From Octopus sinensis (Eukaryota): 64,000 bases of DNA. Below, in pieces: positions 40,684 through 55,841 of the stretch. Where the stretch lies: assembly GCF_006345805.1 (NCBI RefSeq), contig NC_043004.1, positions 23,622,001 through 23,686,000 of the forward strand, given 5' to 3'. The notes below the pieces were generated by a model, which had not been told where the DNA came from, made no database searches, and saw nothing but the letters and a program-made list of their open reading frames with translations. Each line of letters begins with the position of its first letter. Position 1 is the stretch's first letter. Both the position numbers and the translations under genes were made by a program.

Positions 40684-40900
40684 AGGTGGCGAGCTGGTAG
40701 CATTGTTAGCACGCCGGGAAAATGTTTAGCGGAATTTTACCCGTCGTTAACCCGTGAGTTAAAATTCCTTCGAAGTCGACTTTACTTTTCATTCTTTCGG
40801 GGTCGACTAAAATAAGTACCAGTTGAACATTGGGGTCGATGTAATCAACTTACCCCCTCTTCGAAGTCGCTGGCATTATGCCAAAATTTGAAACCCATAT
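40684..40900 (+). mobile_element. SINE family B
   Basis: ggcgagctggtagcattgttagcacgccggg. Confidence 0.8.
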
Positions 40901-42414
40901 TATATTATACAGTAAATAGCTCACTTCATACAGAAATATGATGTACTCTGTACATGCCCTGTGTATTTTTTTCAGGGATGTAGCTAAAGAAATGCAGGGC
41001 ATGGTTTTGTTACGAAAGATCAACTTGTAGGACAACACAACACTTTAAAGAGAACTAGGCAAAATTTAATCTAATCTTTCATCAATTATAAATTTGATAA
41101 TTTTAGTTCGCAATAACTTGTGTTCGATGTTTACATTTTGTAGAAAAATAATTTTAGCCAATGTTTATATTTTTCGTCGTAAGATTTTCTGTTACTTCAA
41201 TGTTTAATGAATCGCCCTCTCCAACGCGGAGATAAATAAACACGAAAATCACCAGGGATTTAAATATTAGGAGCAACTACAATTTCATGCCAGACTTCCC
41301 ATAAAAGTGAAAAAACTGAACTAGAAAATATCTAAATTGAAGATTTTTCTGTATAGCATTAAAGACAAAATTAATTATGGAGTGTGAGTAGAACAGGGCA
41401 AAGCACACATTGACATAGTATCTATGTTATTTTAAAGAAAGGTTATTTTACTCTCTAACAATTTGATAGTTTAAACATAGATATATAATTATCTATATAC
41501 GCATACATAATACGTACATACATAAATACATACATGCATACATACATATATACATACATACATAAATACATACATACATGCATACATACATATATACATA
41601 GATACATACATAAATAAATACATACATAAATACATACATACATGCATACATACATACATATGTATATACATACATACATACATACATACATACACACATA
41701 CATACATACATACATACATATAGGTCATCATCTTAACAAGTGTTCGATAATGTTGTAATTTGCTTTCGAAATGGTATTTCTTTATTATTGTTCGGGTAAG
41801 CTGCAATGTACTAAAAAAAAAAAAAGAAAAAGAAAAGAAACACACGGAAACGAGTATATAATATCAAAATATTAAAATGGTGAGTATGCAATATTGAAAA
41901 GGCTCAAAGACGACGAAATGCATCTAGCGCTCTTGCCTGCTGCTGCTGGAGCGAAATTTCTGTGTCTTTGGCATATATTGTGTTTTTTTAGCACAATTCC
42001 TAAAGAAATATTGGCCTATCGACTGTGTGTATGCATTAATTATGCTACGTACATGCTATTTTAATTATATACTGCCTCACTTCTGAATACCGAATTTTTA
42101 ATTAGCTAGACAACTATTCGCAATGTTTTATTCACTTCTTATATTAGAGATGACGAGTTTGGGCCCGAGACTGTGGTTGGATGCGTGTGACATTGAAAAG
42201 GTTCAAAAGGGTCGAAATACTCCTGGAGCTCTCTATAGCCGCTATTAAGATAAATTATTGTCTTTTTCTGATATTTACCGTATTTAACGTAGCAAGTCTA
42301 TAAGTTATACCATCTCAGGACAAATGCTACAGAAACTGACTTCTTGATAGTGTATATTTATTACGCACAACGGATAGATGGCTATTTTACACATACACAC
42401 ACACATAAGCATTT

Positions 42415-42825
42415 ATTCTTTTATTGTTTTACTTGTTTCAGTCATTTGACTGCGACCATACTGGAGCGCTGCCTTAAAGGGGTTTTATTCGAAGAAATCA
42501 TTCTCAGGAGTTATTCTTTGTAAGCCTAGTACTTATACAATTGGTCTCTTTTGCTGAACTGCTAAGTTACGGGGACATAATCACACCAACATCGGTTGTC
42601 AAGCTATGATGGAGAGCGGACAAACAGATACACACACTCAAATACATACATATATATATTAATATACAACGGGTTTCTTTTAGTTTCCGTCTACGAAATC
42701 CACTTACAAGGCTTTGGTCGGGCCGAGGCTATAGTAGGAGGCATCTGTCCAAGGTGCCACGCAGTGGGACTGAACCCAGAACCACTTAGTTGGGAAGCAA
42801 GCTTCTTATTACACAGTCACGCCTA
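42415..42825 (-). mobile_element. SINE family A
   Basis: Homology to the 890 element. Confidence 0.85.
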
Positions 42826-43451
42826 TATATATATATATACGTGAAGGGGCGCATAACCAAGAAACTAGGGGGTTGCTCTCACGATCGCTATGTTGTGGGT
42901 TAGATTCCTTGAACAAGCGGTGTATTGTGATGTTGAGTAAAACACTTGCTAATCTAGTAAGTGAGAGAGTGCCACAGCTGTTGACGCATCGGGAGAGATG
43001 CTTACTATATATCTTCTGGCTCTCCACATACCTAGTTCAAGCCCTACGAGCTCGGCGAAAACAACGGCAAAGCACTCCAGAATCCATCCCATATCTAATC
43101 AAGGATGGCTGAAGTTCCGGTAGTCTACTTAAAAGTGGCAGGGAGGAGCATGCGGGCCTTCCTAGATTTTATAGGGAGTGTTGGAGGGAGTTGACACGCA
43201 CATAACCCTCTCAAGGACACACTACCACTACACTAGATATGCATACTCGCACACGCACACACACACACACACATATATATATATCTACGTATATATGCAC
43301 ACATACATGTACATGCATACATACACACGCTCACATGTATTTAAACAGTAGCTTACTGATTTATAAATTTTTAATCATATTTTTCTCTCTGATGAGATTA
43401 AGATTTCAAAGTCTATAAAGAATTTTTTAAATAAATCAATATATTTTTGGT

Positions 43452-43690
43452 GGAGGCGCGTGGCTTAGTGGTTAGGGTGTCAGCACCATGATCGTACGAT
43501 TGTGGTTTCGATTCCTGGACCGGGCGACGCGTTATGTTCTTGAGCAAAACACTTCATTTCATGTTACTCCAGCTCACTCAGCTGGCAAAAATGAGTAACG
43601 CTGCGATGGACTGGCTGGGGAACACATACGCCATAGAAACCGGGAAACTGGGCCCATGAGCCTGGCTAGGCTTTAAAAATGCGCATTTAG
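43452..43690 (+). mobile_element. SINE family C
   Basis: Homology to 30580. Confidence 0.9.
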
Positions 43691-45148
43691 TTTTATTTAC
43701 TACATTTTGACATAAAATGCGAGATGGTCATGGCTGGAACGCTTTCCATCAAATGTCTGCTCGACCAGAGATGACGCAAAGCTAAACAACAAAACAACAA
43801 CGAACAACTTCTTGCAAAAGTCAAAAACATTCCTATCTTTCTACTTGCTCTATTTCTATTTCTAGATACTCTATTTCTTGCACTTTTCTTATTGATTAAA
43901 TACATTTTCTCCCTCAGCATTCTTTTGAAGTAACGTTTTTTATGCACTGAGTTCTCCTCGCAAAAATTTGAAAGTTAGCTGCTAAGAACGTTAAACTCCT
44001 TTGCATTGACTTTCATAGAGAAAAAACCTTATCCAATTCACTTTGAACGTAAATAATGTATTCACGGAATGATATAATTGTTTTTCAATCTTCTAGATTC
44101 ACAGTTAAGTTACTTTACTTATTAATTTCTTATGAGAAGATAATACAATTCTCGAAAATTCTAGCTTACAGCTAAACTGTTCTTCTTGATTATGTTTTTG
44201 TTTCTCTTCAAATGTCAATTGTATCTCCTAATTCGTGCTTTTTCTTATTGCAAACTTGTTCTCCACAAATTATCTTTCCTTCAGTTCAATAACTGAGAAA
44301 CTATCTGTTTACCATATTTGTAAACTGAAGATATTGAACCAGCCAATGAAAGAACTTCTTCGTGCTCACTCGTTCTGCTAGAAATAATAGCCAAATATTT
44401 TCAAAATGCACCATACTGTTCTAAAATGGGCACGATGAATAATCTTACAATAGGTTTTCTGCACGTAACTAAAAGACGTGACTACCATAGCAATAACGTA
44501 TTTGGTCATAAGCCTGCACGATCAGGATGGATCTGAACAAAACAATTACAGCAACAAAATATATTAGGTAATGCTGGGCAGCTGTTCATGAAATTACATG
44601 CAGTCTGCAATCTTACCAGCTGCTAACTTTTAAGCAATCAAATACTATAAAAGCTGTTAGTAATCATAATATTTCTAATACAGTGGGATTAGTTGATGTT
44701 GTTATTTAAAAGTGAAAATTAAAAGCGGTTCAACTAGAAATTACGAAGGCCCGCTTTAATGTATTCATCATTGATGAGGTCCGAGAAGGCGGAAACATCT
44801 GGGTAGCTGTCTCTTTTATTTGATGGAATATTTAAAAGAAATATTTGTCATTGACTTATATTGACTTTTTTATCTCTACTTAATCATTTCTAATTAATTT
44901 TCTAACAATTCATGTGTTAGATATATCAACACTAACTTAACTATTAAAAACTAAGAGAATTTGTACATGTCAATATATAATGGTCGGCAGGAGTAAACAG
45001 AGAAAATGAAAAGCAGGGAGAGGTTGTGAAGGTGACTATAAAAAGCGCAGTGAATGGAAGATATAAGGTATGGTGCGTGAGGAAAGATGGTTGAGGGATA
45101 TATATATACACCACCCGTCTTCGTCTTTTGTTTTTTTCCGTAAACTCT

Positions 45149-45211
<63 letters not shown>

Positions 45212-45804
45212 GAGAGGGGGAGGGGAGAAAAAGGAGAAGTATTTTGTGTGAGAAGCCAACACTTGATAATTTTGACGAAGGATCCATGTCCGTTCCGTAA
45301 CATCAGACTGTTTGACTCCTCAGAGCAGCCAAACTTATCGAACTTACAAACTCTTTATCCTATTATTAACATTTAGGAGCCTCTGTTTTACTTTCACGAA
45401 CTTTTAGCCTGTCACTTACATGTCAAACAGGTTTCTTCTATCGCCAAATCTGACGTATTTAATCTATCACTCTCAATGTGTTTAGTCGCCATTCTCATGT
45501 GTAATATCTTTAGTGCGATTGAGGTTATGCGATGATAATTTATCAACTATAGATCATCAGAGTAAAACTTCTAATCTTATTTACTCGATCACAATCATCA
45601 TATATCTCACTTTAGAAACTTGCCTGTCATCTTGTATCAAGATAATTTATTGAAACGTAATTGGCTTAAATATATAGGGAAACTGTCGCTAACCAGTTGG
45701 GTTGCGAACGACATTCCAGACAAGTCAATAAGGCAACACTTACACTCGCGATTTGCAATAAATAGCAGATCGGTATTCGCACGCACTGTTTCTCATTCAC
45801 ACAC

Positions 45805-45842
<38 letters not shown>

Positions 45843-46125
45843 TGTGTGTGTGTGTATGTGTGAGTGTGTGTGTGCGTGTATACATACAGAGAGAGAGAGA
45901 AAGAGTGAGTGAGCGAGTGAGTGAGAGAGAGAGAGAGTAAAAGAGAGAGAGAGTAAGAGAGAGGGAGACAGAGTTTCAGTTTCCGTCTACCACATCCACT
46001 CACAAGATTTTGGTCGCCCTGAGGTTATAGCAAAAGTCACTTGTACAAGGTGTCGCAATGTGGGACTGAACCGATAAGCACATCTTTCGGAAGCAATTTT
46101 CTCAACCACACAACCGAGCCTGCAC

Positions 46126-46159
<34 letters not shown>

Positions 46160-46697
46160 TTCATTTTTACCTGCCCTAGTTAGCACCTGCGAAAATGGTG
46201 TCTTTATTTTCATTCTCCAGTAAGTAAAATGTCGATTTTCAAATTTCGAAGAACGGAATGAAAGAAAAAACAACCTTACTTGGTAACAAGTTAGGGTTGA
46301 AGATCAGAGCTTTCGGACGTAAAAATTCTGACTCAACCTATATAAATTCTCACCTAATCAATAACAGCATGGAGAAAACGGACGTAAATCCAAATGAATC
46401 AGTATAAAAGTATTTTCAATCTCCACTGAATAAATATGTTTTTACTGAAGCCTGAATATACAAGCGCTCATTCTCATAGATATGCACATATATTCAAACA
46501 AAGCATGTCAACAAAACTATACATAATGTGATATAGTAAACAGTAGAATCGGTAGAAGACACTGATAGCATGTATCGGTAATTGAGCTTATATAGTTCGC
46601 AATGGAATAACTGATTCGTTCATATTTGCTCTGTATGTAAGAAAGAAAAGGAGCCATAGGTTAGCCTAGTAATTTCAACGGGAACGAGTAATGTAGA

Positions 46698-47260
46698 ATA
46701 TGGTAGGTGGGGCATCGTTTCCCATTCAAACTATTTCAGCCTTTGGAATGTCATCTTCGCTGTACGTGGCCGAATATTAGTCTCGGAAATTTTGTGAGTA
46801 ACCGATTGACCCAATTTGTTGACTTTTCCGATGGCACGCAGGTGTCGATGAATGGTTCAATGACCAAATCCAAGCTTCTATGCTGGTTCTTTAACAGTTA
46901 CGATGTGATTTTGTTCCACCAGAGTTTGCAAGACGTCTTCCTCGAGCTCTTCAGATCTTCCAGGACGAGGTTCGTCTTCTAGGCTGTAGTTTCAGGCTTG
47001 GAATGTTTGGAACCACCGTTGACACTGGCTTGCGCTTATTCACCGATACCCATATACTGCATTAATATTCCTCGCACTTTCCATTGCGTTGTAGCCTTTC
47101 TTGAACTCATAAAGCAAAAAAATGCCGAATATGCTCCTTTGGCACTTCCATTATTGTTTTGAAAAAATAACTCTTAAAATCGAACTGCATTCTTCAAAAC
47201 TTGCGCTAAGAATGTTGTAGTACTGACTTTACTAATCGGAACACTAACCAGGCGGTGACA
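46698..47260 (-). mobile_element. Internally deleted mariner remnant
   Basis: MEVPKEHIRH...SLEDEPRPGRS...EQNHIVTV...fused to EWETMPHLPY. Confidence 0.85.
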
Positions 47261-48419
47261 CAAAATGCAGTTAGCGGTAAATATTTTAAGACAATGTTTT
47301 AAATATTTGAACAGGGGACTGGTGTAAATGTTGTGGGCTGATAATCGATAATGCCAAATAAATACAAATTTATATTATTTGTAAATCTTGTTCACAATGT
47401 TAGAATAGACACATGAGTTTAAATATTGTATATATTGTTGAGAACATAACAATAAAAGCGGCAACAACAAACCAAGAAGAAAAGTTACGGGTGTAAAGGT
47501 TACGTATATATTTAAGATGTTGAGATAGAGTTAAGTTAATGGGTGTAAATAGTTAAGATATAAAGCAAGAAATAAATAAGTTGGATTCTGATCGTTATCA
47601 CGTCTTCAAAGCAATCCCACCATGAAATAATACGGAATAACGGAATTACATTACAATTCGGATGAGAGACAAAGGGTCTGCATAATAAAAGCCAGTGAAA
47701 TTCGGAACAATTTCTGATCAGCGGAGCAAAAATTCCCTATTTTGGAACATATATCGATCAGAACGGAAAGTTTCGAGCGAAAACAATTTAGTAGAAATTT
47801 TATTGAATTGAGTGGCCATATAACCTTTCGTTTTTCCGGATATTTTATAGTGAAGGTAATTAACCATAACATCGGTGCTCTTGTTAGATCGTGTAGCCTC
47901 ATTTAACCTGACTTTGATAGGAAATTGCGAACAATCCATAGAATTTTGAAGTCTATTTTGGTATCAATTACATACTAATATTTCATGTATCCTTAATTCA
48001 CAAGTAATTATTAAAGTTCTTCAGTGAGAAAGCACCAAGACATTATTAACGCACAAACTTAAAATTGAACTCACGAGGAAGCTTGTACCAAGTTGTTCCA
48101 TCTGCTAGACATAGATGACACACGCACATACATGCTTACACATATAAACTTATAACAGTTCTGTCAGGAGTCCTGTGCCAGAGATTAATCTGGTTTTCAT
48201 GGTATGTAAATGATTGAGATTACAATTACCAACTCTGAACAGGATGCCAGTCCGTCACAGGGTTAACTCCCCAGATATTGCTGGAACTCATTATATCTAA
48301 GTGAACTGAAGTAACATAAAGTACAACGTACCACCTGGTCCAAGAATCGAAACAACGATGCTACTGTTGAAATTCGTTAACCACTAGGCCATACGCCTTC
48401 ACTATAATACAGATTTTAA

Positions 48420-48580
48420 ATTTCAGGCGAGGGTAAGTCGATCTAATCGACCCAGAGCTCAACTAGTATTTATTTTATCGACCCCGAAATGATGCAAGGC
48501 AAAGTCGACCTCGGTGAAATTTGAGCTCAGACTATGAAGATGAAGACGAGTGCTATTAATTCTTTCAGCTCGCCGCCTTC
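48420..48580 (-). mobile_element. SINE family B
   Basis: ttttatcgaccccgaaatgatgcaaggcaaagtcgacctcgg...cagctcgccgcc. Confidence 0.8.
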
Positions 48581-48645
48581 ACCTTCCCTATATGTATAAA
48601 CACATATATCTGCGTGTGAACACACACACACGTATATATATATAT

Positions 48646-48708
<63 letters not shown>

Positions 48709-51046
48709 GAGAGAGAGATTTGCGTGTGAATATATATATATATGGAGAGATAAACGTTTAAAAACATAAATATACAAGCACCATGGGCATACGCACACAC
48801 ACATTCACAAAGATAGAAAACAGCTACAATGGGGTAATAAAAGAGAATTTGTAGTCAAATAAAAATATTTCCTCTATAATAACTAAGACTAAAGACCTGG
48901 AGACGAAGTTATGAGATCAATCCAGCCCAGGCTGAAAACTTGAAGACAAGGGAAAGTTCAGGAAGCTGCAGATGGCGAGAAAATAGAGCTTCAAGGTTCA
49001 GAGAAATAGCAAGATACGTGCAAACCATTAGGCAGGGATCAGGCTCAGTGTGGTGGTGAAAGACAAGAGGGAAAGCAAAGCTAAACGTGGTAAGATAGGA
49101 AGTGAAGGGGAAAAGGTAGCCGACTGAATACAGAAAGCAATACTGCAGGATCAACAGGGACAATGGACATCGTGGGAGTGTGCACTCTTAAGAAGTTTCA
49201 ACTGGAATAAGATATGGCATATAAATCCTCTTAGGGTTAGCTACTTCCTCATATCTGTATATGATATCCTACCCAGGAATACAAATCAGGTGTCATAAGA
49301 GAAAATCAGATAACCCTGCATGCATGTATTTATATATATATATATAAACACAAAAAGTTCACTTTGGGAGGTAGACTTAATATAACACCCAGTTTAACGC
49401 CGTTGTCTTGCCTATGGTGCCTGAAGCCCAATCCGCTCTGTTATTCATATACAGCGTTCGGAGGAAAGAAGACGTCTCCGGCGCGGATTGAACTCAGAAT
49501 GCTAGACTCAAATAATTTATATGTACACCTTACCGTATATTGATGTTTTTATGTAGTAGGAAACTAATTTCCCGAATAGAATTACGAACGATATAATTGA
49601 TTTTTCTCTCTTCTCACTCTGTAAATTGACAGAGGTGAGCTTAGACGTGGTCTCTCGACCTGTTAGAGATAGCAGCTGAATTAATTCATATCACACCATA
49701 ATGAGTCAACAAATAAATGAATAAAGAAACTGAAGATAGCTAGAATACTATAAATATACAAGAAGTTGTGGTGGTCATGAATAGGACGGATTTGACATAC
49801 TAGATATTTTAGAGATTTTATTGTCCTTTAGCAGCAGTAGGATAGGCAGAACTGCTGTGGTATGTTGCTAGAAACCGTGACCAAATTTATAATATATATC
49901 ATTACAAAAGGAAAGGATACTTAAATAATAAAATTACAGATATATTGTCAAGGGAAAGAGAGCCTAGTAACAGCTGGATTGCTTTTGGTCATAGATATGC
50001 TTAATTAGAGCTGAGCTGGGGCTAAACAGCGATACATAAGTTGATCAATTTTCTCTCTTTAAATGGAAATATTGTGCTGAATGAAAGCGAATCAATCTAT
50101 GCTAGATAGGCAAGAGATTCAGAACAACGTTGCTTTAATATAGCACCAGTTTAAACGTAATTGTGTGTAGAACTGCAAGCAAGATGTGATAAAGAATAAA
50201 TAGTTTCATTTAAGTTTGTGAAATACTTTCTCTTTTGAAAATCGCAGCAGATTTTCTCAGATAATGAAAATAATGTATTTCCAGTACTTTCCTCTTTCGG
50301 TAGATTACAAAATCTGTTCAATTACCCAGGGCCATAAAACAGGCATTAAGCGTTCCATTATAACTGGAAAAGCAATGAAATTTGTAAAATAAATCTGATT
50401 CAGCAGAAAATTACATTATTTAAGAGCATATCGCTTCATTATATATTTGTTACCTAACATAAACACATGTTTAACGTTAAGGACCAGGATAGGAATTAAT
50501 TAGCGATATTTATGATTCAACTGCAAAAGTTATATAAGACATGTACTGGCTACATCATGTGTCGTGTTGTCTTGTTGTCGTAATCATTAGCAGATCAATG
50601 CATCATAGTTTTATGTCACAAACACGGTATATATATGTAGGCTCTTAATAGGTATTTATTAAATCGCCATAGATTATCTTCCGAGTAAGATGTGGAATTG
50701 TAGCTTACTGACTGAGATAAACTTATCGTTCAGTTCTCTTAGAGGAATTAAATACTATATAAATAACATTTTATATTGTATTTTCGTTAACGTGATGCAA
50801 CCATTAATCATATAAGCAAACAGAACTTGATACTGATGATAACACACGCATATATACGTACGCGCATGTGTATGTATGCATGTGTGCACGGGAACACACA
50901 GACGTATATATATATATATATATGTATATAATGTATACATACATATTTATGTAAGGTATATATGTGTGTATATACAGGTATATTTATATGTATGCACACA
51001 CACACATACTTATTGGAACAGTTTTATTACATCAACAATTTATATA

Positions 51047-51934
51047 CGTGGTCTGATCAATAAGTATTCGAACTGTTGCCATAATAACGAAGCTAAAGCA
51101 CGCTTGGCAAAATAGCTTGGCACAGATTGACATTGAATACTGCTGTGCAAGCGCACTAAGTTTTAACGTTCTAGGACTAAGTTTTAACGTCCCACTGTTT
51201 ACAACTGTACTTGGAAGGAACGTGTATAATGTGTGATCGCCGTATTGACAATGACAGAGAAAGTTGAGCAAAGAATCTGCATAAAATTTTGTTAAAAGGT
51301 TAGCGATGCCTAATTAAAGGTCTATGTAAAGTTTTCAAGATATTTTCATCTTCCTTGACTCAATCAAGGAGATCTTGTGCAAGTGAACTCGAATGTTTTT
51401 TGGTCAGCTGAAAGCAGTTTTGGCAGACACGCGTCTCATACCCAAATCTTCAGCGATAATGGACTGAACGGAACCGTAACTAATCTGCACATCCTCTGAT
51501 AACTCACAGATGGTGATTCGATGATTTCTCCTCACAGTTGCATGCACATCTGCGATGTTTTTCTCAGTTCTGCTAGTCGCGAGTCTCCCAGAACGTTCGT
51601 CAGTGTCGACATTTTTTCAGCCATCTCGGAAACGTCTGAACCCCTCGCACACTTGTGTGCGGCTCATACAGTCCTCTCCATACACTTTCTGCAACATTGC
51701 AGAGGTCTCTGAGCAGATATCGTCATGACAACCTTGTCATCACCAGTGCAACGATCACACGCTACACGCCTTCCTTCAAAGAACTGCTGTAAACAGCAGA
51801 AGTGAGCTGGAATGTTAAAACTTAGCACGCATAAACAACAATGGTGAAGGTCAATAATCATCCAGCGGCTTTACTCTGCACCCTTTAGCTTCGTTACTAT
51901 AGCAACAGTCCGGATACTTATTGATCAGACCTTG
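51047..51934. mobile_element. Mariner composite of two convergent 5' ends, with outer TIRs and TA flanks
   Basis: Left: TIR, 5'UTR and MTEKVEQRICIKFC (51251, plus). Right: TIR, homologous 5'UTR and N-terminal transposase LQKVYGEDCMSRTQV...DERSGR...DLGMRRVSAKLL (minus). Confidence 0.85.
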
Positions 51935-51949
51935 TATATATATGTGTGC

Positions 51950-51992
<43 letters not shown>

Positions 51993-52454
51993 CATGTATA
52001 TTAACACATTCTCACACATTCATATACACTCACGCATACATACGTATCTTATGCATCTATCACATATGCTATGTTATGCAACAAACTTCAGCGACCACTA
52101 GGATTGCAAATTCATTAACAAAATACTCTGACACTTGGCCTATAGATATAATTTCACCACGGAGATTTAAGAGTAAGGTAAACCGCTGGTAACGAGATTG
52201 CAATGATAATTGAAACTAAAGCCAACAGATAGCTTCTTTCTGTCTGTCCACAACAAAATTGTTTAATTAAAGAGAGCCATTTATGACTGTCCAGTAGATA
52301 TAATCAATCTTATGTTATACACTGTAAGCTGGCTTTCGTCTATACGTTGTCTATTCAAGAGTTTCTATCATAGCATCAGAAACGAACGCTACCAACACCC
52401 CAGTATTCAATTCAATATACGTGTGTGTGTGTGTGTGTGTGTGCGTGTGTGTGT

Positions 52455-52720
52455 ATGGCTAGGGTGTTGTACTCACGATCGCTAGATGGTGATTTGCGTC
52501 GTGTTCTTTAGCGAAACACATCATCTCAGGTTGCTCTGCGATCTCTTCGACACCTGAAGCGTGGTACACATAGCACCAGCACAGACAATCATCGATTTGA
52601 TGGAGAGAGAGAGCGTTAATGTGTAGCACGGATATATTTCATCACTATAAACAAATTTATTGTTCGGCAAAACCTGAAGGCACATACGTTGTCTTCGACG
52701 GGAGAGTCCATCATTTATAT
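52455..52720 (+). mobile_element. Diverged family C-related SINE
   Basis: ggctagggtgttgtactcacgatcg...gtgttctttagcgaaacac. Confidence 0.6.
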
Positions 52721-52723
52721 ATA

Positions 52724-52766
<43 letters not shown>

Positions 52767-52829
52767 TTGCTTGTGTGTGTGTGAGTTTGTGTATATATGT
52801 ATGTGTGTATCTGTATATCTCTATCTCTG

Positions 52830-52906
<77 letters not shown>

Positions 52907-52970
52907 ATCTATCTATCTGTCTGTCTGTCTGTTTGTCTATCTATCTATCTATCACCTCTCTCTCTCACTT

Positions 52971-53021
<51 letters not shown>

Positions 53022-54029
53022 CCATTTGCGTGAGTGTGAGTGTGTATATATTTTTTTGCATATATCCATATATGTATCTAAATATGTATATATATGTTTA
53101 TGCGTAAGGAGATCTATATATGTAATTAAACACGTAGAAAGAAAGAAAGAAAAAAAGAAAAAATCAAAGATCGATAGATAGATAGATCGATAGATAGATA
53201 GATGGATAGATAGATAGATATATAGACAGACAGATATCGTACAGCTGTTTGGAATATTACTTTTTTAAAGGCTGTTTTCCATGCTAGTTCTCAAATCCTC
53301 AGATTTAGTAGAAAAATAAAATTCGAAAACTGTTTTCCCATTTCTATTAGTGAACAAACCTTACAAAGTGGTGTTGCATTGTGTGTAGTGATTCACATGA
53401 ACTCTTTTCAAAACTGATTGTCAGAATCACGAAGGGAAAACAAGAAAGCTTTTAACTTACATATATATATATATATATTTGGGGGTTGGGGTTGGGTAGA
53501 TATACATATATGTACTAGCACACGCACACACACACATGTTCACTCACACCTTCACAGACACATACATATACATAGATATATATCACCACGCGTATAAGTA
53601 TGCTCATTACTACATACATGCATACATACATCTATTAACTGCATAGTTCAGGAATATATACGTGTACATTTACAAAGGTAAGTACATATATACATTTTTA
53701 TCACATAAAAATAGATGCATTGATAAATAAGTTTCTTCATCTATGTAAGCAGTATTTTCATGTTAATGTCGATATAAACCACAAAAAAAAAAAACGCTTT
53801 ACAAAATATACCATTTATGCTCTAAAATATTTGTCAGTAAATGCATCCCACTGTGAGTTGGCTGGAATATTCTGTCAATTATATTCCTTAGTAAATATTC
53901 GAAATATACGAGTTGTTTTCTCAGTGGCTGTCTACGGATTGGTAATCGCATCTTGTGGTGTTGATGCAAAATTTAGTTCTATAAGTTCTAAACTAACCAG
54001 CATAATGAGATAACTCAGCCATCGTTCGT

Positions 54030-54480
54030 TTTCCCAAGAGGCGGGAGAACGCTTCCACGAAAGGCGCGGATCCGTCATTATGAGAACGAAGGAACGCGAA
54101 TGCAGCCGGCCTCGTATTGAAAGAGAATTAAATTAATATTCCCGAGCTCGGGCCCGGAGACGTTGCCGCAAGTCCCCTGGAGAATTCTCTCTTCTTCGTA
54201 AATGATTGCGTCCGTGGAATCGGCTCGTCTGGAGATACGAATATAGTTCCTGTAGAGCGCTGCGTCCCGGGTAGCGTCCGGTGCGCTCTCGGCGGTCCTG
54301 GAAAATCCAAGTCCGTGACGATTCGCAGCTCTCGCGTCAGTCCGTATCGACCATTTGCAACAGGTCTCCCAGAAACACTACTTCTCGTTGATAGCGTCAC
54401 TGTAGGTAAGGGAAGTCGGCAAAATGGATCCGTACTTTCAGAAAAAGGATTGGTTCCGAGGACCAAGTCGGTCGGGTTGT
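54030..54480 (+). pseudogene. Decayed 28S rRNA fragment, D7 to start of D8 region
   Basis: ttaatattcccga; gcgtccggtgcgctctc..gaaaatcc; caggtctcc; tgtaggtaagggaagtcggcaaaatggatccgta..aaaaggattgg match the conserved 28S core, with substitutions and an internal deletion. Confidence 0.9.
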
Positions 54481-54792
54481 GTGTGTTGCCGCGCGACAAC
54501 GTCACCGTTCTTTCGTTGTTCATTTTCACTGTAGTCTACGAAATAACCGGAGATGCATTTAGACTTAGTATTGTAAATCTCTTATTCTTTTTTTTTATAC
54601 TGGAAACGACGCACATTAGTGTTGTTGTTAACAGTTTTTCTAACTGACCAATCACTAAGAATGACAAGCGAATGTGTATCTCGTTCTTGATGTACTAGTT
54701 TTGTTTCTCTAACCGATGTTTACATTCTTTGTCAATATGTACCAGCATAAAATACATATGTATATCCTCATGCACGCATACACACACACACA

Positions 54793-54863
<71 letters not shown>

Positions 54864-55794
54864 TGTATATACGGTGTGCATCTAGACAGTCCTTGTCAAT
54901 CGAATCCCACATGTAAGGTATTTGTCAGCTTGAAGGTATAGTAGAAGATACAATCTCAAGATATTTCGCATTGCATTACAACACGGACCTACGCTATTTT
55001 GAAGCGAACCAAATTGCTGTGCCTTTGCGTATATATCCTGACGCACATCTCTATGTCCCTGGTTTTATCTATTCTTCCATACTATTAATCTTCACATTAA
55101 AGTAGAAAGGTTTATCACTAGCAATCATGTTTCATTTAAAGTAGCTTAAACTCAGCTTAAACTTGAATCTACATTGACAATGAACGCTGAATTTCAGCGC
55201 TGCTCCCAGACATTTTAAGCAAATTTTACAAGAACTTCCAAATTATTGATTTTATTGATATTCTCACGATTTTCCAGATCAAACACGTAATAAAATTAGT
55301 ATTCCCCTCTCTCATTCTCTCTAATCGATTCAATAACTCCAAACTATTCAAAAGTTATAAAGTTATTTTTCTCATCACTCAACATTGCATTCAATGCCAA
55401 CGTCGTTGCTCTGGACTCACATTAAATAATACTTGAAGGCATTTGTGCAAGAATCTATAAAGCAACCGACTTTTCGTTGATTCTTCTGTTCACTGTCACT
55501 ATCAATATCACTACAATTTCTACTACCACTACAAGTAACAACAACAACAACAACGACAATAATAAAGGTTTCAAATTCTGGCTCAAAGCCAGTCAAGTTC
55601 AGCGGAGGGGACTGGTCGATTACAATGACCCCCAGTGTTCAAATTTTATTTATTATATCGACCCCGGCGGAATTTGAACCCAGAACATAAGGACGGATGA
55701 ACGTCTGCTAAACATTTTCCCCGACGTGCCAGCGATTCTGCCAGCTCATCATCTTAATAATAATAATAATAATAATAATCTGATGATGATGATA

Positions 55795-55840
<46 letters not shown>

Positions 55841-55841
<1 letters not shown>

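Noticed and set aside
44765-44810. TTGATGA-ggtccgagaaggcg-GAAAC...GTA
   Set aside because: Stem II closing pair and stem I are absent.
48880-49200. Purine-rich segment with an 84 aa minus-strand ORF
   Set aside because: Possibly a decayed LINE 3' end, but no motif is strong enough to call.
54128-54647. 133 aa and 110 aa ORFs
   Set aside because: They overlap the GC-rich 28S fragment and are incidental.
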